The notes: generated by a model from the sequence alone, not told the origin. A stretch of 47,138 nt of DNA from Rhizaria sp. SCN 62-66 (GCA_001724265.1 MEDY01000047.1:62001-109138), one strand, 5' to 3'; counted from the stretch's first letter, positions 35,601 through 47,137 are shown. Made by a program: numbers and translations.

Positions 35601-38600
35601 GTCACCTACTCGGCCTCGGCTGACGTCGCCGCCGCCGCGCAGGCCGCCGCCGCGCTCGCCGCCGCGGCCGCCGGCAACAGCGCCGTCGCCAGTCAGTCCG
35701 CGCTGCTGACGTCCGCGGGCGCGACGTCGACGCTGCGGGTTGGGCTGGGCGGCGCGCACGGCGACGGCGTGCTCATCGCGCTCTCCGCCGCCGGGGACGG
35801 CCGCGGAGTGAGCGAGCTCGACCCGCGCACGGCGGCCGCGGCGATGACGCATAAGGTCGCCGCCGTCGCCAAGGCCACACTCGACGCGCAAGCGGCCGCC
35901 GCGGAGGCCGCCGCCGCCGCCGAGGCCGCCGAGGCCGCCGCCGCCGCCGCCGAGGCCGCTGCGAAAGAGACCGGTGAAAGCGCCGAGTCATCCGCCCTCG
36001 TGCCGTCGAGCGCCGCAGCGGTCACCAAGCCGTCGGCAGCGTCGGTTGCCCCCCTTGCGCCCGTGTCGACGGCGCCGCTCCCGTCGTCGGCTGACATCGC
36101 GTCCGTCGCCGCGTTCCCGCGCTCCGACGACACGCCGCTCAGCCTCATCTCGCCCGCGGCGTACGAGACGGCGACGGCGCACACGTACGAAGCCAAGCTA
36201 CCCGCGTGCACGCCGTCGATCCGCCTCGCTGTGCACGTCGTGCGGCTCGCGCGCCGGTCCGACGCCGTCGGCAAGGACGAAGGCGTCGCCGCTGAGGGAC
36301 TCGCGGCTGTGGGGCAGCACAGTGAGGTCGGGGTGGGCAACGCGCTCGCAGCCGCGCTCGACGCGTCACGCAAGACGGCGTCGAACCCCAACAGCAACTC
36401 TGGCAATAGTAACAAGGCGGGGGCGGGGAGCAGCAGGCGTTCCACTGCGGGTCGCGGTGGTAACAACAACGGCCGGGGCGGTGAGATGAGTGCTGAGGAG
36501 AAGTATGACCAGGTCTCCGCGTCGGTCACGCTCGCGTCCCTCGCTGCGAGCAGTTACTCCGACCGCGCCGACACGTCCCTGCTCTCTGAGCCCGAGGAAC
36601 TGACGCTGGATTTTATCGGAACCCTTGGCGCGACCGCGATCCTGCCCCTGGGCGCGCTGATCAACCCGGCGACTGTGGGCGCCTCTGCCGCCGGCTCGCC
36701 TGACTCGCTGTCGCATCCCACGGTCTCCAGCCGCGTTCCGTTGACCCAGCTTGTGCCTGCGCCGAGCTTCGCTCCCACCGCCACGCCCCTCAGCAACAGC
36801 AACAACAACAACAGCAAGGGCTCGGGGGCAACTGCGAGCGCGAGCGGGACTAATGACGCTCACAGTCAGTCGTGGGACCCCAACGACCACGCCGCCGCCG
36901 CCGCCGCCGCGACCGCCATGGCCGCGGGAGCTTCCCCGGCCGAAGTCGCCGCCGCCGCGCGCGCCGCGTCTTCTAACCCGGGCTACCGCCCCCCGACGCT
37001 GACGTTCGACCAGCAGCAGCAGAAGCAGCGGCAGACCGCGGACCAGCTCGCCAGCGCCTTCTATACCCGTCTCTCGCGTCCGCTGCCGACCGCGAGTCTG
37101 ATTGCCGGCGGCGCGACGATTACGCTCACTCCTGTTGCGTGCACGCGGGACACGCTGGACATCGCCACAGGCGCCTCTGCGCTCGCCCCGGCGTCTGCGT
37201 CGCAGCGCGGCGGCGGCAGCAGCAGCGGCCGCATCGGCGCCGGCGCCGCCCGCAGCAGCGCACAGGGGCTGCTGCCGGCGTCGCTGTCGGCCGCACTGGC
37301 TCGCGAGGCGCCCGCTCTCGTCGAGCTGCTCGCCGGCGTCCACGCCAGCGAGGCCGTCTTCCCTTGCCCGCCGGCGCCCGTGTCCTTCACCGTCGCTGCG
37401 GGCTCCGCGCTGACGGCAACCTCCGCCGTCGCCGCGCTATTGGGAGGCGCCCGCGAGGCCAGCGCAGTCGCCCCCGCGCCCGAGACGTCCGGCCTGACCG
37501 GCATCACGGGCCTCCACTGGTCGCTACCCAGCGCAAACGGGCTCATTCTGCACCCGAACGAGCTCAGCAAGATCCATGACCCCGCGCGCCATAACTACGC
37601 TCCCTCAGCTTCGTCGTCGGCGTTCGCGGCGGGCACTGGCGCGGCGTCTGCGTCCGCGGCGGCGGCGGGCGGCGCGGGCGGCCTCATGGCGCCCTCTTCG
37701 GCGACGCTCGCGGCCACGGTCGACTGGGAGGCTGTCGCCTGGGCTTCGTACCATGCCGCCGCCTCTGCTTTGATCACCAAGAGCGCGATGCAGCGTGTGC
37801 GGCTCGGTGTGACGACGCAGGGCCCCGCCAAGATGGGCCTCACGCGGCTCCTGCACGCCAAAAACCAGCAGCAAGCGTGGCACGCGCAGCAGAAAGAGCT
37901 GCGCAAGAAGGAGCGTGAGGCCATCGCCGCGGCTGTGATCGCCAAAGAGCGCGGTCTGACGCACATTCCTGAGAGCGACGAGAACAGCAAGGACAAGGAC
38001 GGGAACAGCTCGACGGCGGATGAGTCCAAGAAGGACGGCTCTGCCGCCGACGGCTCTGGCACCGACTCCTCGAAGTCTTCTGCACTGGCCAAGAAGGTGT
38101 CGACCTATATCGCCCCCGAGACGGCGACTGTGATGACCCCCGACGCGGCTAAACTTCTCGCCGAGCTGCGCCAGTTCGCCAAAGACGTCGCTGAAGACGC
38201 CCGCGACTACGGCCCCGCCGCCGTGATGCTTGTCCCGAGCGCACTGCCCTCTGCCAGTCTGATCAACCCCGCGACGGGCGTGCTGGTGCACGATATCCGC
38301 CTCCGCACGCGACGCCAGTGGACTCTGCGTGAGGCCGCGGTCAAGAACGCGGTGGCGTTTACAGCGCGCGCGGAGGCCACGTCCACTGGTGAGGTTGTCG
38401 CGGCGATCTCCTGCGGCGATTTCTTGCCTGCGCCGGTCACGGCGCTGTCGACGGAGGAGGCGGCTAAGCTTAACGCCGCGCTCGACTCCAAGGATGCGAA
38501 AAACTCCTCTAAGGACGGCAGCGGCACAACTACCAACGCCACTGGTTCCGCTGGTGCAACCGCCGACGGCGAGAAGAAGGACGATAGTGCCAACTCGACT

Positions 38601-41600
38601 GACGCGGCCGCTGCTGCGCCAGCGTCGCCGTCTGCGTTCAGCGCATTCGGCTCGTTCATGACGTCTCTCATCCCCGAAGCCCTCACCCAGTCCGCCGCCG
38701 TGGTCGCCGGCGACAACTCCAACGCCGCCGCGATGCTAGAGGTCGCGCGCGACCGCACGCGCGCTGCGGCGGCCGCGCAGTGGCACGCGATGTCGGCCGC
38801 GGCGACGGCGGATCCCTTTGTGACCGCGCCCGACGCGCTGGCCACGCTCTACATCTCTGACGTCCCGCTCCGCTCAAACGTACGTTTTTTATACTAACAA
38901 ACAAATCTTGATTATATCTTCACTTTTAAATCTAAATTTTATTCAAAACATGTATTTTGTCATTATTTCCACCAATACTATGTTTTTAATTCAATTGACT
39001 CACATATCTTTCCTCCATATCCACAATTCTTTGCGTTGCAGGATTTGCCTGTGGTGAGCTCGTCCGAGACGGCTGAGGTTCTGGCGACGGCCCTCCGCAG
39101 CAACGCTACGCACCTGCCCCCCGCTGACGTGGTCGCCCTGCGCACGGCGCTCATCAGCGAGCACGCGTCCAACAACGCGGCGTTTGCAGCTATCCCTCCC
39201 TCGGTCGCCGCGCGCGCCGACGGCTGGGGTGGTGGCCGCACTGCGAGCCACTTCCGGCCGATCCCGCGCGCGCACACGCGCGTTGAGGCCGCCGCCGGGG
39301 CCGCCGAGGACGCCGCGGACGCCGTGGCCGCCGCGGTGGCCGCAGGGATCTCCGTGTCGGACAGCGAGGCCGAGGCCGAGGAAGAGCTCTCGGAGTCGGA
39401 GCCCGAGGCCGGGAGCTGGGGCAAGCTCGACGCCAACACGCGCGGTGCGATCATCAAGTCACGCAAGGACCTTATGAGTTCTGCCACGGGTTCTGGCAGC
39501 AAGGACGGCGACAAGAGCGGCACTGTGGACGAACACAAGAGCTCTACGCTCTACGACAAGACGAGCGTTTCGTACGCGTTCGACAACGAATACGCGAGCA
39601 TCGAGGAGATCGAGCGACTCATGACGGCCGATCTTACCGCGCTCACGGTAATCGCCGAGGCCAAGAACACCGCCGCCCTCTCGGCCTACACCGCCGCCGC
39701 CTCGGCCGCGACGGCCGCGGCCACGGCGCGCAACGCCGAGCTCCAGTCACAGATCACCGAGCTGGCACCGGCGGCGACGCAGCTCTCGGGCCCTAAGGCC
39801 GCCGAGGCCAAGCGCGCCGTCGCCGCCCTGCAGTCGCAGCTGGTGACGGTCGACCTGGGCCTCATCCAGCAGCAGGCCGGCAAGGGCGGCGTGCCAAGCG
39901 CCAAGGAGCTCGGCAAGCGCGCCCGCGCCGAGCGCGCGCGGCTCTGCGCCGCCGGGATGCCGCTGGCGGACCCAGCGCTGACCCCTGCGCTGCGCATCTC
40001 GGCGATCGAGATTGCCAGCGAACGGCTCGCGCGCGCGCAGGCCCGCGTGACGGCGGTGCCGGAGAAGAGCGAGAAAGAGAAGGCGCGCAAGGAGCGGCTG
40101 GTGAAGCTGGCGGAGAAGCTGGAACAGGAGCTCGAGGCCGTCAAGTCAATCACGGGCAAGGATCCGATCACGCACTTGTATCAGGCCGCGCCGTCGTTTG
40201 TCGCTGACACCGCCGCTTCCACCACGATCTCGATTGCGAACGGCGCTAGCGCGAACAAGAACGACTCCAAGTCTGACTCGAAGGGTGATTCTGCTGCTGC
40301 TGCGGCTGCGGTTGTTGTGCCTGTGTCGTCGTCGTACGTCACGCTCGGTGCCGTTGCCACGTCTGCGTATCTCTCCAACGACCCGTCGTCGTACGCCGCG
40401 CTCGCCGTCTCCGCCGCACACACCGCCCACAGCGGCCCCAGCGGCCCCAGTGCGGCGACTGCGGCGACGAGCGCTGACCTGGCCGTTCTGGCGCTCGCCA
40501 CTCGGTCCACGGCGACTCTGCCGCCCGCTCTGGCCACGGGCGTGACGCCCGCCGCGCCACAGTGCGGTGAGACCCTGGCCTGGCAGTTCGCCGACCTCTG
40601 GGGACCCGCGGCGGCCAACGCGCCGGCGACGCGCGCCGCGCGGCAGCGGGCGGTTGCCGAGGCGCGCGCGCAACCCGCCATCAAGACCACGTTCGTCCCC
40701 ACTAATTCTACCTCTAACAACACCGCTAGCGCTGGCTCCAGCGCGAGCGCGAGTACGACTACTAGTACTGGTTTGGGGTATGATGTGCTGAACATGACGT
40801 ACACCGAGGCGCATGCGCAGACTCTGGCCACACTGGCCAAGCCTGAGCGCCGCTCCCGCTCGCTCGGCAAGAAGGCCGGCGGCCAGGGCTGGGCGGCGGC
40901 GGCGGCGGCGAATGCGGCCGCGCTCGCGATGGCTGCCTTCACCACGACGGCCGTCACCGTCGACGCCGACGACGAGGCGGATGACAACGCCGAAAAGGGT
41001 GACAACGGCGACGCTGATGGCGAGGGCAAGACGCCCAAGGCTGAGTCGGAAGGCAAGATCGCCGCTGATGAGATGGACGAAGAGACTCTTTTGTTCGGCG
41101 CTGACGCTGGGGGCGCCAACGCCCGACGCCCCGGCGCCAACGCGCACCCCGACGACGGCGTCGTTGACGACACTGCTGGCAGCGGCCTCGGCATGTTTGC
41201 CGACGAGGAGACCCTCGCCGAGCTGCGCGCTATGGCCGCCAAGGAGAAGGCCTTCACGGTGCCGCCGCCGATGCCAGTGCTCAGCAGCAGCAGCGCGCAT
41301 GCCACTAAGGGCGGCGCTCACGGTCGCTCCGCTTCTACTGGCACTGGCGCTGGGAGCAAGGGCGGGAAGGGCGGTAAGAAGCCTCTGCGCCGCGCTGGCG
41401 CCAAGGGTGGCAAGAAGTCCTCATCCTCTGCCACTGACTTCTCCGCTGCCAGTGCGGGCGACAGCGGCATGAGTGCGAGCGCGACGCGCGCCGCCGCGTC
41501 CCGCGCCATCAGCGAAGCCATCGCGCAGGCCGAGATCGAGATCGAGGAGGCGGCCATCGCGGCGGCCAACTTCCACCAAGAGCAGCAGCGTGAGGCTGCC

Positions 41601-42596
41601 GCGGCCGCGCTTGCGGCGGCCACGGCGGCGGCGCGCGCGGCGGGCATCAACGTTTCGGTCATCACTGGCGGCGCGCCAGGCACGCCCTCTGTCGGCCCCA
41701 TGTCCTCCGCTTCCGCCTCCTCCGCCTCCGCTGGCTCAGCCTCCGCTGGCTCTGCTGCGGCGTCGGTCGGCAAGTCCCCCAAGGTCTCTGCGGCGGGAGC
41801 GCATGCTGGTGCCCACCCCGCTGCGTCGCCGTCGGTGACGCCCCTGTCGCCGCCCGCTCCCCCCGTGACCGTGAACACTTCCGCTGCCTCTGCGGCGCCG
41901 AAGCCTAGTCCGCTTGCGAGCCCGCGGCAGTCCGCGTCCGCTGCTCCCGCGAGCGCTCCCGCGAGTGTTGATGCCGTTTCTGATGGCGACGACGCTGACG
42001 CTGAGGCGGACGAGGGCGACGAAGGCGACGACGCCGACGACGAGGACGAGGACGAGGACGATGCGGACGCCGCCAACGCCAACGGCTCGGGTGCGACTGA
42101 GACCAAGACGATCACGAACGCTGACGGCACGACTTCTACGGTCACCGTCCCTGTCACCGCGTCTGCGACTGGCGGCAGCGGCGGCAGCAAGACCGGTCGC
42201 CGCCAGAAGACTGGTGGCAAGGGCAAGAAGGGGAAGAGGAGCAGCAAGAAGGCCGCTGAGGACAAGTCTTGGTTTTCGAGCGTCATCGACCAGGTTGCCG
42301 GCAGCAGCAGCGAAGACGACGGCGACGAGGAGGCCAAGGCGCGCGCAGCGCAGCTGGAGAAGGAGAAGGAGTTCATGTATTATGACGACGAAGAGGCGTC
42401 GACGCCCAGTGAGAACGACAGCTCGAGCAGTGAGGAGGACGTCACCGAGATGGTGGACGAGGTGATTGAGGTCGAAGCGCTGGATGAGGCGGGCCGTGTT
42501 GTGATTGAGAAGCGCACTGTGCAGAAGGCTGTGACCAAGAGGGTCAGGAAGGAGAAGAAGGATAAGAAGAAGGACGATGGATGCGTCATCGTCTAA
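32602..42596 (+). CDS. Giant low-complexity protein, ~3211 aa, with N-terminal MGNTVA and C-terminal polybasic-CaaX; exons 32602-32625, 32823-38879, 39042-42596
   Basis: A 24-nt first exon (ATG GGT AAC ACT GTA GCT CGT ACC) and two phase-0 GTACGT...AG introns link the 2015-aa and 1186-aa track ORFs. Ends KKEKKDKKKDDGCVIV*. Confidence 0.78.
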
Positions 42597-43248
42597 TTAA
42601 GCAAAACGAAGAAGGCGTAACAAGACTTCTGCGATCGAGCATCAAGCTGGTTGTTTTGTTACTTTGTTTGATGTAGTATTAAAGTAATGTAGATTGCACA
42701 TTTTATAGACGCGGTACACGCGATGATTCCTCTTTTGTATCACGGAAAGTCCGTTAAGGCGCCCTATAGGCGTGTAAGCAAGGTTTTTTTTTTGTAAAGT
42801 ATTAATACAGACATGATATCATAAGAAGATGCGATTTATCCTTAATGACACGTTTTTAGTTTGAGTCGAGGTCTTACTGCTGTTTTTTATCTTCGTTTTG
42901 TTCCAGTGAGTAACGCAGCGCCTTGCTCACAGTCACTGGCTGACCAGCCTTGCGAGAAGCGGGGTTCACGTTGAGAAGAGATATTGGCATTAAGATCGTG
43001 CGAATATCAATACATGCCGAGATTTCACGAGATGTACATGTTTGCTAGGTGCCCGCAAATCTATACCTTTATATGCTTTTGTATACATCTATATCTCGAC
43101 ACTTTGTCGCTTCCCAGTTCCAGAGTCGCTCCGTCAGTCCGCTCTTCGGTTCGCACCAGCTCCCCAGTACCTCACACATCTCTATTCAAACTATATTCAC
43201 GTTGCCTATGATTTTCCCGTAGACCAAACTACTTATCACCGCGCCGCA

Positions 43249-46200
43249 ATGCTGTTCCGCTCCGTCTCGCGCGCTGCGGGCCAGTCCCAGCGCTGCCTGG
43301 TCCTCGCCACATCTTCAGCGGCTAACGCGGTCACCGCAGCCGCTCCCGCGCTCGCCAATGCGTTGTCTGCTGCGCACGTCTCCGCTGCGTTACCCATGAC
43401 TGCGTCGCGCTCTTTTGCATCGACTTCTTCTGCTTTTGCGTTGTCGTCCTTGTCTCTTTCTGCGTCCGCTGCCCTCCGCACCGCCGCGTCTACCCCCTTG
43501 TCTCACATCGCCAGCTATTACAACAACACAAACAGCAACGGCGCGGCCGTCGGTGTTTTTTCCGCTCCGGCGCGCTCCGTGCAGACAATCACGCCCGACT
43601 CCGTCTCCCACACCACGTCTGCGATGAACAAAGACGCCCTTGTCAGCGCGATCATGAGCCGCGACACGACCGAGCTCCGCCGTCTCCTATCCCTGCCTTC
43701 CGTCTCAGTCAACATGACCCTTGACGCGAACAACGCGACCTTGCTGCACACCGCCGCTATGTCCCGCTCCCCCGAGATTGTCTCCGTATTGCTCGCCGCC
43801 AAGGCTGACGTCAACGCGCTGGACGCAGCGGGCGCTACCCCGCTTGGGATCGCAATCACTGCGCAGAACGAGCCCGTCGCTCTGCAGCTGCTCGACGCTG
43901 GCGCCGATTTGACTCAGTGGCCCGCGCATATCCCCACTCCGGTCGCCTTCGCAGTGCTTCACGGTCTCACCGGTCTGCTCACGCGGCTCATCGCACTGGG
44001 CGCGAGTCCGAACGTGTCCACGACTGCGGTCGACTCCCACGGCCGCGTCAAGGTGCCGCCGCCGCTGCTCATCGCCACCATGCGCGGCTCGCATGCCATC
44101 GCCCGCTTGCTGCTCGAGGCGGGCGCGAACCCGCTTCTGCGTACGACGGGCATCCAGGGCTCTGTGCCTGTGCTCTCCAGCTCCAGCTCCAGCTCCGGCG
44201 CGAAAAGTGAAGGCGCCTCCACCGCCGAGGCTGGAGAGGGCGCCGTGACCGACGCGCCTCCGCTCCTCATCGCCGCCGCCAACTGCGATACTGCCATGAC
44301 GCAGCTCCTCTTAGCACACAAAGCCGACCCTCTGGCGATGGGCCGGCTGAGCGGCGCGTTGCACTCGCCTCTCGCGCTCGCGTGCTACAACCGGTCCCCG
44401 ATCGCGCTGGTGACGGCACTTCTCGACGCCGGCGCCGGCCCCGATACGGCCCGCGGCGCGACGCCGCACCCGCTGTCCTCCGCCGTCGCTGCTAACAACG
44501 CCGAGCTCACGCAACTGCTGCTCTCGCGTGGCGCTGATGCCAACATCCTCCGCGACAGCAACGGGATGACGCTGACGCCGCTGTTCGACGCCCTCGAGGC
44601 CCGCTACGACGACGTCGCGCTGGCACTGATTAAGGCCGGCGCAAACCCCAACAGCGCGGTCACGTACGACGAGAACGGGAACCAGTGCTCGCCGCTGATG
44701 TACGCCGCGTACTTCAACAGCACGAAGCTCGTCGCGGCCCTGCTCGCGGCTAAGGCCAACGTCAACTTCACTGCCTCGCAGCGCAATCCGATCACGGCGC
44801 TGCACATGGCTGCCGTCAACGGGTACACCAGTGTCACGCGTGCCTTGCTCGCGGCGGGCGCGGACCCCAATTGTGCGATCAACGGGGTGCGTCCGCTGCA
44901 GATGGCGCTCACGCAGGGATTTATCGGTCCTGCGCTCGCGCTGATAGAGAAGGGCGCATCGCTGACCACGCGAGACTTTGCGGATCACGACAAGGTGATG
45001 GATGTATACAGCCGTTTTTTCTTCACCCTCGAAGACGTGTGTCCCGACGCGACCGTCACCATGAAGTACAGCAGTATGCGCCGAGGCTCAGTCGCCGCGC
45101 TCGGCCCTTTCCCGGCGCCGTTTGCCGAGTACGTCAGCGATCAGAGCGCTGCCAGCGCAAACACTGCGACCGATGCCAGTACTAGTAGCGGCGGTGTGAC
45201 TGTGTTTGGAGGCCCGTCTGACTACGTGATGGCGTCTGTGCCGACGACGGATGACGTTTTGCTTGCGCGCAAGCAGCAGCAGATGCAGAAGGCCGCCGCC
45301 GCCGCTTCCGCTGCCCACAACATCAACAGCGTTGGCGCGAGCACTGCGGTTGAGGACGACGACGAGGACGTTGAGATTGCAGTTGTGAACAACAACAACA
45401 GCAACAGCAACGACGGTGTGAACGCTGCTGCGGTTACTGCGCCGACAGCGAGCGTTGACAGCGCGCTCGAGCTGCCCCACTCTCTGCGCCAGCAGTTGCC
45501 TCTGCGGCAGAAGGCGATGGGCGAGCTGTTTAAGTTCAACGCGCTCGAGGAGAACGCTGTGCTGCTGCCGACCACGAACGGCGTCGTCGGGTGGCATCCC
45601 GTCGTCGCAGCAGCGTGGCTCGGTGACGCCGAGCTCCTCTCGGCGATGCTCTCACGCTCATCTACGGCTAGCAATAACAACAACAGCAAGAGCGCCAACG
45701 GCGCTGATCTGTCTCAGGCGACTCTCACCGTTGCGCTCGCCTGGGCCGTGATGCAAAACAACGTTTCCTGCGCTCGTTTGCTCCTCGCCGCCGGCGCCAA
45801 CTCGCACGGTCACCTGGACACCGCGGCGCAGTCAGTGCAGTCTAACTCAGGCCCCGCCAACTCGACCCTGCTTACGTGGACGCGCGCGTACGAGAAGGCC
45901 GAGACGGAGCGCTGGCGCGCGGCGGCACGCGACACGGCGGCTAAGGCGCGCGCGCGCGAGCGGGACATCGCGGTGCGGCGCGCGGCTGTGAAAGAGCTTG
46001 CCGCGGCTGATGCGACGGCGGCGGCGACTGACGGGAAAGGCGCGACCGCGACCGTGGCTGCGACGGGTGCGGGTGCGAGTGCCGCCCGCCCCACTGGCGC
46101 TGCGCAGGCGAAGCGCCGACCGCTGGAGAAGCTGCTGGCCGAGGTGACCGTGGGCAGCGAAGTCGAGGCCAAGATCAAGCAGACTGAGGACGCTGCTGAG

Positions 46201-46368
46201 GCAGCGGTGACTCAGGCGTGGCAGAAGTCGTGGGCTGCTAAGTCGGTCGAGACGGCCGCGCAGAAGGCTGCGGCTAGCATTGCAGTTTTGACCCCCGTTG
46301 ATCTAGCCAAGCTGCGGAATAACACGGAGATGGAGGCCCTGCTCACCCAATGGAGCGCCAGCAACTAA
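43249..46368 (+). CDS. Multi-ankyrin-repeat protein, ~1039 aa, with predicted mitochondrial presequence
   Basis: Repeated TLLHTAA/TPLGIA/SPLALA/TPLFDA/SPLMYAA/TALHMAA...LL.AGA.(V/P)N units. N-terminus MLFRSVSRAA...RSFAS has no acidic residues. Intronless. Confidence 0.85.
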   Translation: MLFRSVSRAAGQSQRCLVLATSSAANAVTAAAPALANALSAAHVSAALPMTASRSFASTSSAFALSSLSLSASAALRTAASTPLSHIASYYNNTNSNGAAVGVFSAPARSVQTITPDSVSHTTSAMNKDALVSAIMSRDTTELRRLLSLPSVSVNMTLDANNATLLHTAAMSRSPEIVSVLLAAKADVNALDAAGATPLGIAITAQNEPVALQLLDAGADLTQWPAHIPTPVAFAVLHGLTGLLTRLIALGASPNVSTTAVDSHGRVKVPPPLLIATMRGSHAIARLLLEAGANPLLRTTGIQGSVPVLSSSSSSSGAKSEGASTAEAGEGAVTDAPPLLIAAANCDTAMTQLLLAHKADPLAMGRLSGALHSPLALACYNRSPIALVTALLDAGAGPDTARGATPHPLSSAVAANNAELTQLLLSRGADANILRDSNGMTLTPLFDALEARYDDVALALIKAGANPNSAVTYDENGNQCSPLMYAAYFNSTKLVAALLAAKANVNFTASQRNPITALHMAAVNGYTSVTRALLAAGADPNCAINGVRPLQMALTQGFIGPALALIEKGASLTTRDFADHDKVMDVYSRFFFTLEDVCPDATVTMKYSSMRRGSVAALGPFPAPFAEYVSDQSAASANTATDASTSSGGVTVFGGPSDYVMASVPTTDDVLLARKQQQMQKAAAAASAAHNINSVGASTAVEDDDEDVEIAVVNNNNSNSNDGVNAAAVTAPTASVDSALELPHSLRQQLPLRQKAMGELFKFNALEENAVLLPTTNGVVGWHPVVAAAWLGDAELLSAMLSRSSTASNNNNSKSANGADLSQATLTVALAWAVMQNNVSCARLLLAAGANSHGHLDTAAQSVQSNSGPANSTLLTWTRAYEKAETERWRAAARDTAAKARARERDIAVRRAAVKELAAADATAAATDGKGATATVAATGAGASAARPTGAAQAKRRPLEKLLAEVTVGSEVEAKIKQTEDAAEAAVTQAWQKSWAAKSVETAAQKAAASIAVLTPVDLAKLRNNTEMEALLTQWSASN

Positions 46369-46622
46369 TTCAAGTTAAGCCACGTGCGATAACTCATCCA
46401 AAGTCAAGTCATATTTATTGGTGTTATCGTTACATGCTGTGAATATTTAATGTTTGTTTTGTTTTGGTTCAAGTAAGTTTGAAGTCATATTTAAGTTGCA
46501 GTTTGAAGAGAATACACTGTTTGAAGTATTGTTTTCGTTTCTGGCTCAAAGGTTAATCAAGCTGTATTATTTTGGGTGGGCGCAACACTGATAGTCACAA
46601 CAACGGGTGCAAAGTGTTGTGG

Positions 46623-46872
46623 GTGTTAACCGTCTTGTACAGACAAATCATACACACCATCACCATCACCACACAAGTGTTAACCGTCTTGTGCAGACAA
46701 GTAGAACACAGAGGGCCGACGACGCCCATGGTGGTTGTGCAACCGTCTTGTACAGACAAATTGGACACACCACTGTTAGTGTTGTGGGCTGTGAGTGTTA
46801 ACCGTCTTGTACAGACAAGTCACACACACCATCACCATCACCACACAAGTGTTAACCGTCTTATACAGACAA
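46623..46872. repeat. Five copies of a 24-bp direct repeat GTGTTAACCGTCTTGTACAGACAA separated by 30-36-nt spacers
   Basis: Copies start at 46623, 46677, ~46737, 46795 and 46849 with 0-2 differences. Spacers 1 and 4 differ at only 2 of 30 positions. Confidence 0.9.
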
Positions 46873-46927
46873 GTCCTACATGGGGTGTGGGTGGTTGTTG
46901 GCAGCCCAGCCGCGCAGAGCCGGGTCC

Positions 46928-47137
46928 TTAGGTGTCGCCATGCGTGCACACGCCGAGGCCGAGGTTCCAGATCTCCTTGCACGTGCCGGCAGTGGTGCCG
47001 CAGTCGGACTGGGTCTCGCAGAGGATACCGCAGAACCAATAGTCCTCGTACACGAAGGTGCAGATGGCGGGCGCGCAGAGGGGGTCGGTGGGCTGGACGC
47101 AGGTGGAGATGGGAGGGAACTCGACCTCGAGATCGGG
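46928..47137 (-). CDS. 3' end of a gene encoding an 8-Cys C-terminal domain (5'-truncated by the window; absent from the ORF track)
   Basis: Manual translation PDLEVEFPPISTCVQPTDPLCAPAICTFVYEDYWFCGILCETQSDCGTTAGTCKEIWNLGLGVCTHGDT*. Third positions are strongly G/C. Confidence 0.75.
   Translation of the reverse strand, partial: PDLEVEFPPISTCVQPTDPLCAPAICTFVYEDYWFCGILCETQSDCGTTAGTCKEIWNLGLGVCTHGDT

Noticed and set aside
46623-46872. Calling the repeat array a true CRISPR
   Set aside because: Eukaryotic context with spliceosomal introns, no cas genes in the window, two near-identical low-complexity spacers and a higher-order duplication.
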